A DNA stretch of 64,000 bases from Chloroflexota bacterium (GTDB taxonomy: Bacteria > Chloroflexota > Anaerolineae > Aggregatilineales > Ch27), in assembly GCA_019873685.1 (NCBI GenBank), contig JAIOAT010000003.1, forward strand, positions 80,543 to 144,542. The letters run 5' to 3'. This document shows positions 55,927-64,000 of this stretch, piece by piece (position 1 is the stretch's first letter; the number at the start of each line of letters is the position of its first letter). Below the pieces are notes generated by a model that saw only the letters and a list, made by a program, of their open reading frames with translations, did not search any database and was not told the DNA's origin. A program made the translations under genes and the position numbers.

Positions 55927-56999
55927 GCCGCAAACTCCAGATCGTCAAGGATCGTCCCCGGCGCAAGGCCAGCGTTGACCCCGTAGATCACCCGGCGCAG
56001 GTTCTCCACCTCATTCACCTTGAGCGCCAGGTAGCCCAGGGCCACGCCGATCCCCAGCGGATCGCGGGCGACAAGCCCGGCCCGCCAGCGCAGCCGGTAA
56101 CGGCGCAGGTGACGCTCCACATCGCTCAGCCGCCCCGACCGCTGGAAGGCTTCCAGCCCGGCGGCCAACGGTTCGCCATAAGGCGTACCGGCCAGCGCCT
56201 GCACAGCGCTGACCAGCGACACCTGGGCTGCCGCCTCCTCCAGCGCCGCCAGGGGCAACCGTCCCGGTCCAACCAGCAACTCATGCGGGCTGCTGACCCG
56301 GTAACGCTGCAGATAGAGCGCCCGCTCCGCCGGGAAGGCCGTCAGCCGGACCACGGTCAGTAGGTTGACCAGGTCGGCCTCCAGCGCCAGCGCGTCGCGC
56401 AGGAGCGCCGTTTCCGCCGGGCCTTCCCGCGCCGCCGCCAGCGCCTGGGCAAAGTACCAGCGATCCAGCGCCAGCTCCAGCTCCGGCAGTTGCGCCCCCG
56501 GATGCGCGGCACGCACCGCCAGCAGAGGCGAAGCCTGTGGCAACCGCAGGCTGGCCAACAGGTCAATCGCGCCGCGCACGTCAGCGGCCCCGGCCAATTC
56601 GGTCAGCACCGCCTCCGAAAGATCGCCGATGGGCAACTGCGCCGCCCGAATCTCCGCCAGCGGCGCCCGATTCTGCAGGCCGCGCAGCAACGCCTTCAGG
56701 TTATGGATGTCATAGTGCTGCAGCGCCAGCGCCAGCGCGCGGCCCTGCGGCGGGTCAAAAAAGCGCCGCATCTGCCCGACGGCAGTGCACAGGTCTGCGC
56801 TGAGGGCGTGGTTCAGCGCTTCCAGCAGACTGACCCGGATCAGCGTGGCTTCAATCGCTTCGCGGTAAGGCGTATGGGAAAGCGCTGCCAGCAGCCGCTC
56901 AAGTCCGGGCGCTTCGGCCAGCGCACGGTAATCGTCCCGCCCCAACAGGCGGCCCTTCATGGCATGCAATCGCGCGTTGGCGTACTCGTAACCGGCCAT
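55923..56999 (-). CDS. atpC: V/A-type ATP synthase subunit C (eukaryotic d homolog)
   Basis: 358 aa, all-helical, with the N-terminus YEYANARLHAMKGRLL typical of the family. Confidence 0.85.
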   Translation of the reverse strand: MAGYEYANARLHAMKGRLLGRDDYRALAEAPGLERLLAALSHTPYREAIEATLIRVSLLEALNHALSADLCTAVGQMRRFFDPPQGRALALALQHYDIHNLKALLRGLQNRAPLAEIRAAQLPIGDLSEAVLTELAGAADVRGAIDLLASLRLPQASPLLAVRAAHPGAQLPELELALDRWYFAQALAAAREGPAETALLRDALALEADLVNLLTVVRLTAFPAERALYLQRYRVSSPHELLVGPGRLPLAALEEAAAQVSLVSAVQALAGTPYGEPLAAGLEAFQRSGRLSDVERHLRRYRLRWRAGLVARDPLGIGVALGYLALKVNEVENLRRVIYGVNAGLAPGTILDDLEFAA

Positions 57000-57026
57000 G
57001 GTTCCCTGTAGCGGCCCATCCCGCCC

Positions 57027-57659
57027 TCAGGCGGAGGCGGGCTGTTCCCCGTCAGGGGCAGGCTCCGCTTCCAGAAGCGCGGGCAGCGCGCGCTGTAGCC
57101 AGGGTGTGGCCCGGATCAGCCGGGCTTCCAGCGTGTTGTCCACGACCACGTGCTCCTCCGGGCTGACCGCCCGCACACCACCCCAGCTTTCCAACACCCA
57201 GGCCAGCGCCACGTCATAGCCGCCCTCGCCGATAATCCGCTCCAGCAGACTGCGGTCGCGCGGATCGGCCTGCAGGGTGGCCTGCTCGCCCGGCAACAAT
57301 GACCCGCGCAACGCGGCTAGCGCCTCATCCACCAGCGCCCGCAGGAGACCGGGGTAATCCGGCTCCCCGCGCGCCTGAGCCAGCCGGGCGCGCGCCTCCC
57401 CCAGCGCCTGCGCCACGATCGCCTGCTCCGCCTCGCCGATGATGCGGCTGGCTTCCAGCCTGGCCCGGTGCAACAGACGCGCCTGTTCGCCTGTCGCAGC
57501 CTCCGCCGCTAACCGGCGCGCTTCCTCAAACAGGTGGGCGGCTTCCTCCTGGGCGGCGGCCAGCAAACGTTCGGCCTCCGCCTGCGCTTGCTCCTCTACC
57601 GCCCGGACCCTGGCCTGCGCCGCCGCATCAATCGCCTCCAGAATGGCATCCAGGCTCAT
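57027..57659 (-). CDS. atpE: V/A-type ATP synthase subunit E (peripheral stalk)
   Basis: 210 aa: an Ala/Glu/Arg-rich N-terminal long helix plus a globular C-terminus. Confidence 0.85.
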   Translation of the reverse strand: MSLDAILEAIDAAAQARVRAVEEQAQAEAERLLAAAQEEAAHLFEEARRLAAEAATGEQARLLHRARLEASRIIGEAEQAIVAQALGEARARLAQARGEPDYPGLLRALVDEALAALRGSLLPGEQATLQADPRDRSLLERIIGEGGYDVALAWVLESWGGVRAVSPEEHVVVDNTLEARLIRATPWLQRALPALLEAEPAPDGEQPASA

Positions 57660-57660
57660 A

Positions 57661-57879
57661 TCAGCCGCCCAGCAGCAGGATCATAGCCGCTGTGGCAAAA
57701 CCGAGGATGACCATCGTCTCCGGGATGGCCACCAGCAGAATGATCACGCCGGCCAGTTCCGGCTTCTCGGCGACAGCGCCGGCCCCCGCCGCGCCGATGC
57801 GCGACTGGGCAATGCCCGTCCCCAGCGCCGCCAGGCCGATAGCCAGCCCGGCCCCGATCGCGGTCAGTCCATTCTCCAT
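57661..57879 (-). CDS. atpK: V/A-type ATP synthase proteolipid subunit K (c), single hairpin
   Basis: 72 aa with two TM helices. Gly-rich helix 1 (GAGLAIGLAALGTGIAQSRIG) and the essential carboxylate in helix 2 (AIPETMVI). Confidence 0.9.
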   Translation of the reverse strand: MENGLTAIGAGLAIGLAALGTGIAQSRIGAAGAGAVAEKPELAGVIILLVAIPETMVILGFATAAMILLLGG

Positions 57880-57904
57880 GCTGTTTCCCCCTTATCCGTC
57901 GCCG

Positions 57905-59797
57905 CTACTCATGAGTCGCCAGCCGGTAGCGGAAAGGCTCATAAGCCCGCCCCCCACCTTCATAGAAGTTGCGGAAGAATTCCACATAGTGCAAACGCAA
58001 ACTCTGAATGGTGGGACTGAAGGCTCCCAGCACCAGGTTAAGCACATGCAACAGAACCGCGATGATGATCCCGACGATGATGCTGCCGACCGCCCCGGCG
58101 ATCTCCCCGGCCACGCGGGCCAGGTACACCGACGACAACCCGATCGCCGCAATACGCAGGTAGGACAGTACATTGCCCAGCAGCCCGATCATCTCGATCG
58201 GGCCGATCACGATCCCGATCTTGCCCAGCGACGCCGATAGCAGCACCGTGCCCACCACCAGCAACGCCAGCGCCGGGGTCATCAGACCCTCTGGCAGCAG
58301 ATCCACCAGCACGCCCACCACCAGCAGCAAGGCCACCAGCCCCAGCAAACGCCCGCCCCGTTCCAGCAGGTGATGCCGATCCCGCCCCCGGACGCCTTCC
58401 CACAGACCCAGCAGCAACCCCAGCAGGATGTGCACCACCCCCACCGCCAGCGTCATCGCCAGCAGATCGATCAGATGCGCCGGGCTGGCCCGGTCAAAGA
58501 GCAGCGGGTGCAGACCCAGTTCCTCGCCCAGCGGGCCAAACAGCTCGCCGAACAGCAGGCCAAACAGAATCGACCACCCCGCCCCGTAGGCCAGGATGGT
58601 CGTCAGGTTACGCAGCATGCCCGGCTTGAAGCGCCGTCGCAGCAGGAGCATGCCGCCCAGCAACACCGCGCCGTAGCCAATATCGCCCAGCATCATGCCA
58701 AAGAAGAAAGGCAAAAAGAGGGCCATCAGCCGCGTCGGGTCGATTCCGTCGTAGCGCGGCGTGCTGTACATGTGCACCAGGCCCTCAAAAGGCCGCGCTA
58801 CCGCCGGATTGGTCAGCGCCACCGGCGCACGCCGGCGATCGGCCTCGGTCAGCGGCAGCGTATGTACGATGACACGCTCGCCGAATCGCTCATGCAGGGT
58901 CGTTTGCAGCCGCTCAAGATCGGCCTGTGGCGTCCACCCCTGTACGACAAAGGTTTGTTCCGTTTCGCCCAGACGGGACAGGATGTTGTAGGTCTGCAGC
59001 TCATCCTGTAACACGCTTTGCCGGGCAGCCAGCGCCGGGCCATACTGCCGCCCCAGCGCCTCCAGCTCGCGCTCGACCGCCGTGCATTCCTCCTGAACAG
59101 TGTTCAAGCGGCGGCGTAGCGAGGCGATAGCTGCATCGGGCGAGGTGCTGTCAAATTCCGTGGGCAGGCGCAGACGGGCGACATCCTGCCGGTCGAGCAT
59201 TGCCCCGATCGCTTCGGCAAAGGCGCGCGGCGCGGTGATCAGCATGGCCTGGGTGGCGGCGTCGATCGGGCCGAGCGTGACCTCGGCGCGGCCCCCGGTA
59301 ATCTCCGCCGCATGACGCTGGATGATGCCGGGCACTTCGGCATGCTCGCGGCTGAGCAACAGGCCAAATGACACGTAATCCGCGTCGCTCGCAGTGGCAG
59401 GGAATAACGGCAGGAGCTTGCGCATCGTCTCTTCAAAACGCGGCAATAGCTCCTGCTCCGCTCGCAAACGGTCACGGCGGTTGACCAGCGCCTGCAGATG
59501 CGGCAGCAGCTGATCGATCTGTTCGGCAAGCCCGGCGGAGTCGGGTTCCACCAGCCCGGCCAGCGCCGGATCGATCCGCAGGTAATCCACCATACCGCTG
59601 ACCTGCAGCAATTGCAGGTTCAATTCCTCCTGACGGCGCAGGAGAACCGCGTCCACCGTCAACGGATGGATCATCCCACCGGTGTCCTCCCCGGCGCGGT
59701 CAATATGCAGGCAGCCCAGTTCGCCCAGCGTGTGAATGACGGGGAGAACATCCGCCTTCAGGCCGATGATCTGCAGGTGGACCATCTTGTGAGTCAT
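57905..59797 (-). CDS. atpI: V/A-type ATP synthase subunit I (a)
   Basis: 630 aa: a soluble N-terminal half plus a polytopic C-terminal half containing the conserved Arg context (LSYLRIAAIGLSS). Confidence 0.9.
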   Translation of the reverse strand: MTHKMVHLQIIGLKADVLPVIHTLGELGCLHIDRAGEDTGGMIHPLTVDAVLLRRQEELNLQLLQVSGMVDYLRIDPALAGLVEPDSAGLAEQIDQLLPHLQALVNRRDRLRAEQELLPRFEETMRKLLPLFPATASDADYVSFGLLLSREHAEVPGIIQRHAAEITGGRAEVTLGPIDAATQAMLITAPRAFAEAIGAMLDRQDVARLRLPTEFDSTSPDAAIASLRRRLNTVQEECTAVERELEALGRQYGPALAARQSVLQDELQTYNILSRLGETEQTFVVQGWTPQADLERLQTTLHERFGERVIVHTLPLTEADRRRAPVALTNPAVARPFEGLVHMYSTPRYDGIDPTRLMALFLPFFFGMMLGDIGYGAVLLGGMLLLRRRFKPGMLRNLTTILAYGAGWSILFGLLFGELFGPLGEELGLHPLLFDRASPAHLIDLLAMTLAVGVVHILLGLLLGLWEGVRGRDRHHLLERGGRLLGLVALLLVVGVLVDLLPEGLMTPALALLVVGTVLLSASLGKIGIVIGPIEMIGLLGNVLSYLRIAAIGLSSVYLARVAGEIAGAVGSIIVGIIIAVLLHVLNLVLGAFSPTIQSLRLHYVEFFRNFYEGGGRAYEPFRYRLATHE

Positions 59798-59827
59798 CGG
59801 TCTTGTTCCCTCCGGGCTGGGAGCGTG

Positions 59828-60169
59828 TCAATGCTCCGCGCGGACACGGCCCAGAACAATCGCCAGGATACGGTCAACCATGGCCGGAATGTATGCCTGA
59901 GGCGTCGCCGCCAGGCTGGCGGCCCGCTGGCGGGCCTGATCGACGATCTCCGCCGCCTCCCTGCGGGCTGCCTCCAGGATCGCGTCATGTTCGGCCTGGC
60001 CCTGCTGGCGCCCGCGCCGCGCGGCGTCGGCTTTGATCGCCGCCGCCTGCTGCCGTGCCCGCGCCAGTTGCGCCGCTGCCGCTTCCTCCGCTTCCCGGAG
60101 CCGCCGCTCGGCCTCGCGTTCTGCCTGCAGGATGCGCTCCAGCGGACTCAGGGGATCGCCAGCATGCAT
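59828..60169 (-). CDS. V/A-type ATP synthase subunit G/H-like peripheral-stalk protein
   Basis: The track ORF extends to 60310; ATG 60169 has an AGGAG RBS 8 nt upstream. 113 aa, a single long Ala/Arg/Glu-rich helix. First gene of the operon, as in Thermus. Confidence 0.7.
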   Translation of the reverse strand: MHAGDPLSPLERILQAEREAERRLREAEEAAAAQLARARQQAAAIKADAARRGRQQGQAEHDAILEAARREAAEIVDQARQRAASLAATPQAYIPAMVDRILAIVLGRVRAEH

Positions 60170-60495
60170 CGCCGCCGCTCCTGGCATCATGCTACGCAGG
60201 GAGAAAACCTCACCGCGCTCGATGTATTTAGCGGAACAAACAAACGGAACGCCGCCAGGGAGTGCGTCCCGACCGGGGATGCCCCAGAACCCCGATCGGC
60301 TATTCGACACCGGTCGGGTCAGGTGCTTGCGGGATAGAAGGAGGAAAGGTTTACGCGCCTACCCAACCGATTCGATCTGCGACCTGACGTCGCAGCTGGC
60401 GCCTGGGAGCGAGGAGCGGCATGGCCCGACAGCCATCCGCAAAACCAGCCTGCGCGTTGGAAAAGAGGTCTGTGCCTCCTGCCCTTCCGCGTGCG

Positions 60496-60526
60496 AAAAA
60501 CCCTCATACAGGGCCGGGGGCCTGTA
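60496..60526 (-). terminator. Weak terminator candidate after the membrane-protein cassette
   Basis: Minus strand: UACAGG...CCUGUA stem (60507..60526), or alternatively CCCU-guaug-AGGG, followed by UUUUU (60496..60500). Confidence 0.35.
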
Positions 60527-60617
60527 CCCATCCTGTTCAGACCCCACGATCGCCCCGCCAATCTAAACTCAGTATAGCATAATGCGCGGCGGCGAATGCT
60601 TCGCACCCGCCTGTGTC

Positions 60618-60830
60618 TCAGAACAGCAACGTTCCGATCCGTGCCGCCAGGATTACTGCCGCCACCAGCAGCAGCGGTGGAATAGCGATATTCAGCCAGC
60701 GCGCCCGCGCCTCCAGCAGCCGACTATCGTACGCCCGCAAAGCTTCCCGGACGACCAGCAGGCCGATCAGCAGACCAACGACCACCATACTCAACTGAGA
60801 CCACAGACTCGCAGAAAACGAAAAAGCCAT
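60618..60830 (-). CDS. Small 2-TM membrane protein, unknown function
   Basis: 70 aa with two hydrophobic helices flanking a basic loop (REALRAYDSRLLEARARW). Starts 8 nt after the upstream stop. Confidence 0.55.
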   Translation of the reverse strand: MAFSFSASLWSQLSMVVVGLLIGLLVVREALRAYDSRLLEARARWLNIAIPPLLLVAAVILAARIGTLLF

Positions 60831-60837
60831 CGCCGGA

Positions 60838-61209
60838 TCACTCTCCAGCCAGCCGGGCCGGGCCAGGCTGACTACGCTGGGCGGACAACCCGACCTGCAG
60901 CACCGCCCCGCCTACGCTGAGCACGGCCAGCAGCAACAGCGCCAGTTCCCATGACCAGGCATGCGCGTACATCATCAGCGCGCTCAGCAGGGTATTCAGC
61001 GCCAGGCTCAGGGCGATACCCAGCATCCACTCCACGTAAGACGGCGTGATTCCTAGCAGGCGCACGAAAGCCATCCCCGGACATACCAGCAGGAACCACA
61101 GCGTCAGTGCCGGGCGCAGCGGCGACGCCGGAAACACAAAAGCCGTCAGGCAGGCTGCCACGGTAGAGCTGATGATGATCACCGGCCACAGCCGGGTTGC
61201 ACGGGTCAT
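60838..61209 (-). CDS. 4-TM membrane protein, unknown function
   Basis: 123 aa. The start overlaps the stop of the 618-aa gene by 4 nt (ATGA coupling). Confidence 0.65.
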   Translation of the reverse strand: MTRATRLWPVIIISSTVAACLTAFVFPASPLRPALTLWFLLVCPGMAFVRLLGITPSYVEWMLGIALSLALNTLLSALMMYAHAWSWELALLLLAVLSVGGAVLQVGLSAQRSQPGPARLAGE

Positions 61210-63062
61210 TCCCCGCCTCCATCGTTCACTGGCTTCAGCGCCAGGATCAGCGCATCCGGGCTGTCGTGGATCACCGCGAACTGGCCGGAGTCAATCAGGC
61301 TATCCTGCAGGTGCTGCCAGTCCGCCGGTGAGAAGTTGTAGAACAGTTCCAGGTAGGCCCCCTGGCTGCGCGTCAGGATCAGGTAACTGGCGGGTTTCTG
61401 CCGCTGCCGCAAGGCGCCGATCATGGCGTCAGCGCCGCCAAGCAGCGCCTCATCCTTGAGGGTCAGATAACTGAAGCGCTCATAGTCGCGATACTTCCAG
61501 GGCAGGTTGTATGAGGACGCTGCCAGCAGTGCGCCCGGCTCGGCGGTCTCGTACAGCGTCGCCACAGCCTCGAATTCGTCGGCGCTGATGTAGTCCATTT
61601 TTTCGTTGCCATAGCGCACCAGCAGGAAGCCAGCCAGCAGGCCGAGGCTCACCAGCCCGGCCATCACAGCCATCCGCCCGCGCTGCCTGTCAGCCGCCCC
61701 GCTCCAGAAGAGCGCCGCTCCGAAAAAGGCCACCAACGGCAGCGCAAAGAGGTACACCCGCAACAGCATTTCGCCGCCATAGCTCTGCAGCGCCAGCAGG
61801 GCGAACGGCGCAGCCGCCAGCAGCAGCAAAGAGAGATCGCGATGACCGGCCCGCATCCGCCGCAGCAGCCCCAGCGCGGCCATCCCCCAGACAGCCAGGG
61901 TCAGCCCCAGCCGGCCATACGTGACCAGCAGATGGCCGGGGCTGCCGCTCAGCCGTTCCGTGACATTGCGATCAACAATCCTGCCGATCTGGCCGAAAGC
62001 GCCAATCACCATCTCCGGGTGACCGCTCAGAAAAGCAGTGGTCATATAGGCAATCCAGGCAGCCAGGACTACCCCCATGATCAGGGGCAATCCGCGCAAT
62101 GTGATCCGGTCAAACAGGGCCAGCAGAGTCACCGCCAGCAGCACGAAAAACGGCGTCAACGGATGGCTGACGGTTACAGCGACAAACAACAGGAGGGCGA
62201 TCAGCAGCAACCCGACCCGCTGGACAGGCGTGCTTGAAGGCAGCCAGCGGCCCGCCTCAGCAGCCAGCCATTCCCTGGCCAGCCGCGAACGACGAACCAG
62301 GGCACGCAGACCCGGCACGCGCCACAGCAGGCTCTCCCCGACGATCTTCGCCCTGAACCACCCCAGCAGAATCGCCAGGATGACCAGGTAAAAGAAGTAA
62401 TTTAACCCCTGCGGGGAAAAGTAGTCCTGGCCGACATGGTTGGCCAGGTAAAAGAACCACACCCCCAGCCAGCGCAGGCGGACATCCTCGCTGACCACGC
62501 TGAAGATCGCCAGCAGCGGCCCCAGATACAGCAGATTCAGGAAGACCGGCGTCCAGCTCATCAGCGCCAGGGCGCTTTCCAGACCGGAGACCTGGGTTGC
62601 GAAGGCCGTCAGGGAAAAGAAGCCGGGCCAGTTGAAGCGGGCGTCCAGCATCGGCGCAGTCTGGCCGGTGCGCATCACATACTCGGTGAACCCGGCATGC
62701 AGCCAGGCTACTGGATAGCGCGGTGCTTCTTCAATCAGGGCAGTGACCCCGTACAGCATGAAGATCAGCACGATCACATGCAGCGCCAGCACCGGCGCAC
62801 GCACCTGATCGCGGCCCAGCGCCAGGCAAAAACTGACCACCAGCAGCGCCAGCGCTGCCAGGCTCAGCGGCGGCAGAGCGGCTATCAGGCCGATATCGGT
62901 GATGCGCCGCAGGTTGATGGCTGGCACGGAGACCAGCCACAGCATCAGCGCCAGCGCAGGGAAAAGCGCCCCCAGCTGCCAGGGTGCCGCTTCCATACGC
63001 GGCCAGGTTCTCATCTCTGTTTGCAACGGTCTAGCCTGACTCGATAATGACATCCTAATCAT
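61206..63062 (-). CDS. Large polytopic membrane protein (about 14 TM) with a ~150-aa C-terminal soluble domain; GT-C-glycosyltransferase-like or polymerase-like architecture, family unassigned
   Basis: 618 aa. Long hydrophobic body with loop segments EEAPRYPVAWLHAGFTEY and RFNWPGFF. The soluble tail begins about at MDYISADEFEAVATLYE. The start codon is uncertain (no clear RBS). Confidence 0.7.
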   Translation of the reverse strand: MIRMSLSSQARPLQTEMRTWPRMEAAPWQLGALFPALALMLWLVSVPAINLRRITDIGLIAALPPLSLAALALLVVSFCLALGRDQVRAPVLALHVIVLIFMLYGVTALIEEAPRYPVAWLHAGFTEYVMRTGQTAPMLDARFNWPGFFSLTAFATQVSGLESALALMSWTPVFLNLLYLGPLLAIFSVVSEDVRLRWLGVWFFYLANHVGQDYFSPQGLNYFFYLVILAILLGWFRAKIVGESLLWRVPGLRALVRRSRLAREWLAAEAGRWLPSSTPVQRVGLLLIALLLFVAVTVSHPLTPFFVLLAVTLLALFDRITLRGLPLIMGVVLAAWIAYMTTAFLSGHPEMVIGAFGQIGRIVDRNVTERLSGSPGHLLVTYGRLGLTLAVWGMAALGLLRRMRAGHRDLSLLLLAAAPFALLALQSYGGEMLLRVYLFALPLVAFFGAALFWSGAADRQRGRMAVMAGLVSLGLLAGFLLVRYGNEKMDYISADEFEAVATLYETAEPGALLAASSYNLPWKYRDYERFSYLTLKDEALLGGADAMIGALRQRQKPASYLILTRSQGAYLELFYNFSPADWQHLQDSLIDSGQFAVIHDSPDALILALKPVNDGGGE

Positions 63063-63123
63063 GACCTATCTAATCAGTTTACTATAGAATCGAGCCGCGC
63101 ACAGGGTAAATAGGTCATAGCGG

Positions 63124-63154
63124 CGGTCGGGCCGCCAATCTGACGGCCCGACCG
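63124..63154. terminator. Hairpin downstream of the Pro/Thr-rich protein gene
   Basis: 11-bp perfect stem CGGTCGGGCCG/CGGCCCGACCG with a 9-nt loop. Confidence 0.45.
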
Positions 63155-63193
63155 TGTACACGGCATGCGAAGGCCCAGCTCGACGCAGGCGGG

Positions 63194-64000
63194 TCAACTG
63201 CGTCCCGGCGGCGGTTGCGGCGGGCCGGGCGTCTTGGTCGCCAGCGGATCGCCCGGCGGCGGCTCGGTTGGCGTAGCCGTTGGCGCTGGTGTGGAAGTCG
63301 GCGGTTCAGTCGGCAGCGGCGTCACTGTTGGCAGCGGCGTTACCGTCGGCTCCAGCGTAGCGGTAGGCGTCACCGTCGTGGTCGGACTCGGTTCCAGGGT
63401 CACTGTTGGCGGTGCAGCAGTTGGCGTTGGCGGCGCATCGGCGATGACCAGCTGATCAAGCCAGTAGCCGGTGGAAATCGCCCCTTCAGGCAGGGGAGCG
63501 ATGGTATCCAGACGGAAGCGCAACGCGATCAGTCGTCCACGAAACGCGCTCAGGTCCAGTGTGCGCTGCGTCCAGTCGACTGCCGTCCCCGCTTCCTGCA
63601 GCAGAACTGCCCAGGACAGGCCGCCGTCCAGGCTGATGTCGACGCCCATCAGATCGCTCCCGTCCAGGGCGCTGCGATACCAGAAGCTCATCTGCGGCGC
63701 CGCTGCGCTCCCCAGATCGATAGCCGCGCCAGAGGTCAGCAGACTCACCTGGCCGCGCCCGGCAGCATCAGCGAACCAGCCCGCGCCGCTGTAGGCTGAC
63801 TGCGCGTCCAGCCGCCAGCCGCCCTCGGCCAGCCAGCTGCCGCCGCTGTCAAACGTCTCGACGAACGGCAACGCTACCGGCGCAGGCGTGGCGGTCGGCG
63901 TCGCCGTCAGAGTCGGCGTCGCTGTCGGCGCGGAGGTCGCTGTCTCCACTGGCGGGAGCGTCGCTATTGGCGCGTCAGCAGGCGCTTCAACTGTGGCCAC
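63194..64000 (-). CDS. C-terminal part of a secreted protein with a MAM/choice-of-anchor-J-like domain flanked by Pro/Thr-rich linkers (5' end outside window)
   Basis: Open to the window edge. The domain FVETFDSGGSW...SLDGGLSW...LRFRL...GYWLDQLVI parallels the N-terminal domain of the TSP3 protein. The tail is PT-rich (PTPTAAPPTVTLEPSPTTTVTPTATLEPTVTPLPTVTPLPTEPP). Confidence 0.75.
   Translation of the reverse strand: MATVEAPADAPIATLPPVETATSAPTATPTLTATPTATPAPVALPFVETFDSGGSWLAEGGWRLDAQSAYSGAGWFADAAGRGQVSLLTSGAAIDLGSAAAPQMSFWYRSALDGSDLMGVDISLDGGLSWAVLLQEAGTAVDWTQRTLDLSAFRGRLIALRFRLDTIAPLPEGAISTGYWLDQLVIADAPPTPTAAPPTVTLEPSPTTTVTPTATLEPTVTPLPTVTPLPTEPPTSTPAPTATPTEPPPGDPLATKTPGPPQPPPGRS

Noticed and set aside
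57661-57879. Na+-coupling of the V/A-ATPase inferred from the Q...ET pattern in the c subunit
   Set aside because: The motif is incomplete (Leu where Na+-binding homologs have Tyr, by my unaided alignment). It cannot be decided without a proper alignment or structure.
60571-60579. Extended -10-like element (TGCTATACT on the minus strand) as the ATPase operon promoter
   Set aside because: It lies upstream of the terminator-like hairpin at 60496..60526 and about 400 nt from the first ATPase gene. No -35 element is present. The placement is too ambiguous to call.
60311-60617. Possible structured ncRNA upstream of the ATPase operon: GTCAGGTGC...GAAGGAGGAAAGG reminiscent of SRP or RNase P conserved strings, plus several hairpins
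   Set aside because: The matches to the SRP domain-IV core and to the RNase P GAGGAAAGUCCGG box are only partial and lack the required flanking helices. No tRNA-like or tmRNA features were found. An Infernal scan would be needed to say more.
1-64000. Mobile elements, prophage, defence islands, toxin-antitoxin pairs, tRNA/rRNA genes
   Set aside because: No transposase, integrase, recombinase, phage structural, restriction-modification, cas or TA-like ORFs were recognised. I saw no inverted terminal repeats or tRNA-like cloverleaf candidates in the intergenic regions I read. Absence is by eye only.

Overview
High-GC bacterial chromosomal window (GC judged by eye, not computed). The gene content and a complete V/A-type ATPase operon in Thermus-like order fit a Chloroflexota- or Deinococcus/Thermus-like lineage, but the taxon cannot be fixed from sequence alone. 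I support 55 protein-coding genes. I found no rRNA, tRNA, CRISPR array, transposase or integrase. About 45 kb is a dense carbohydrate-scavenging region with four sugar ABC importers: two CUT1-type, one Frc-like with a single-NBD ATPase, and one CUT2-type with a fused-NBD ATPase. It also holds two cytoplasmic DUF2961/GH172 paralogs, a secreted DUF4185/GH183-like enzyme, a large GH63/GH37-like (alpha/alpha)6 hydrolase, three Gfo/Idh/MocA oxidoreductases, LacI and GntR regulators, and accessory enzymes of unclear pathway role (UroD-like, MetE-like, SIS/UPF0309, shikimate-DH-like, FAD oxidoreductase, PfkB kinase, phosphotriesterase-like, MBL-fold, DeoC, ROK kinase). Features most worth a second look: (1) a secreted solute-binding protein made of two complete binding modules, encoded by a 987-bp head-to-tail duplication whose central 611 bp are identical; (2) a GH172 + DUF4185 + ABC + LacI locus whose layout predicts extracellular endo-cleavage, uptake and intracellular exo-cleavage of a D-arabinofuranan-type polymer; (3) a GntR-associated seven-gene operon with an enzyme mix matching no pathway I can name; (4) two tandem paralogous 7-TM proteins of unknown family; (5) an 11-unit thrombospondin-type-3 repeat protein behind an AT-rich island with CRP-like direct repeats; (6) a three-gene membrane-protein cassette next to a Pro/Thr-rich secreted protein. 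All family assignments come from motif recognition by eye. No HMM or BLAST search was run.
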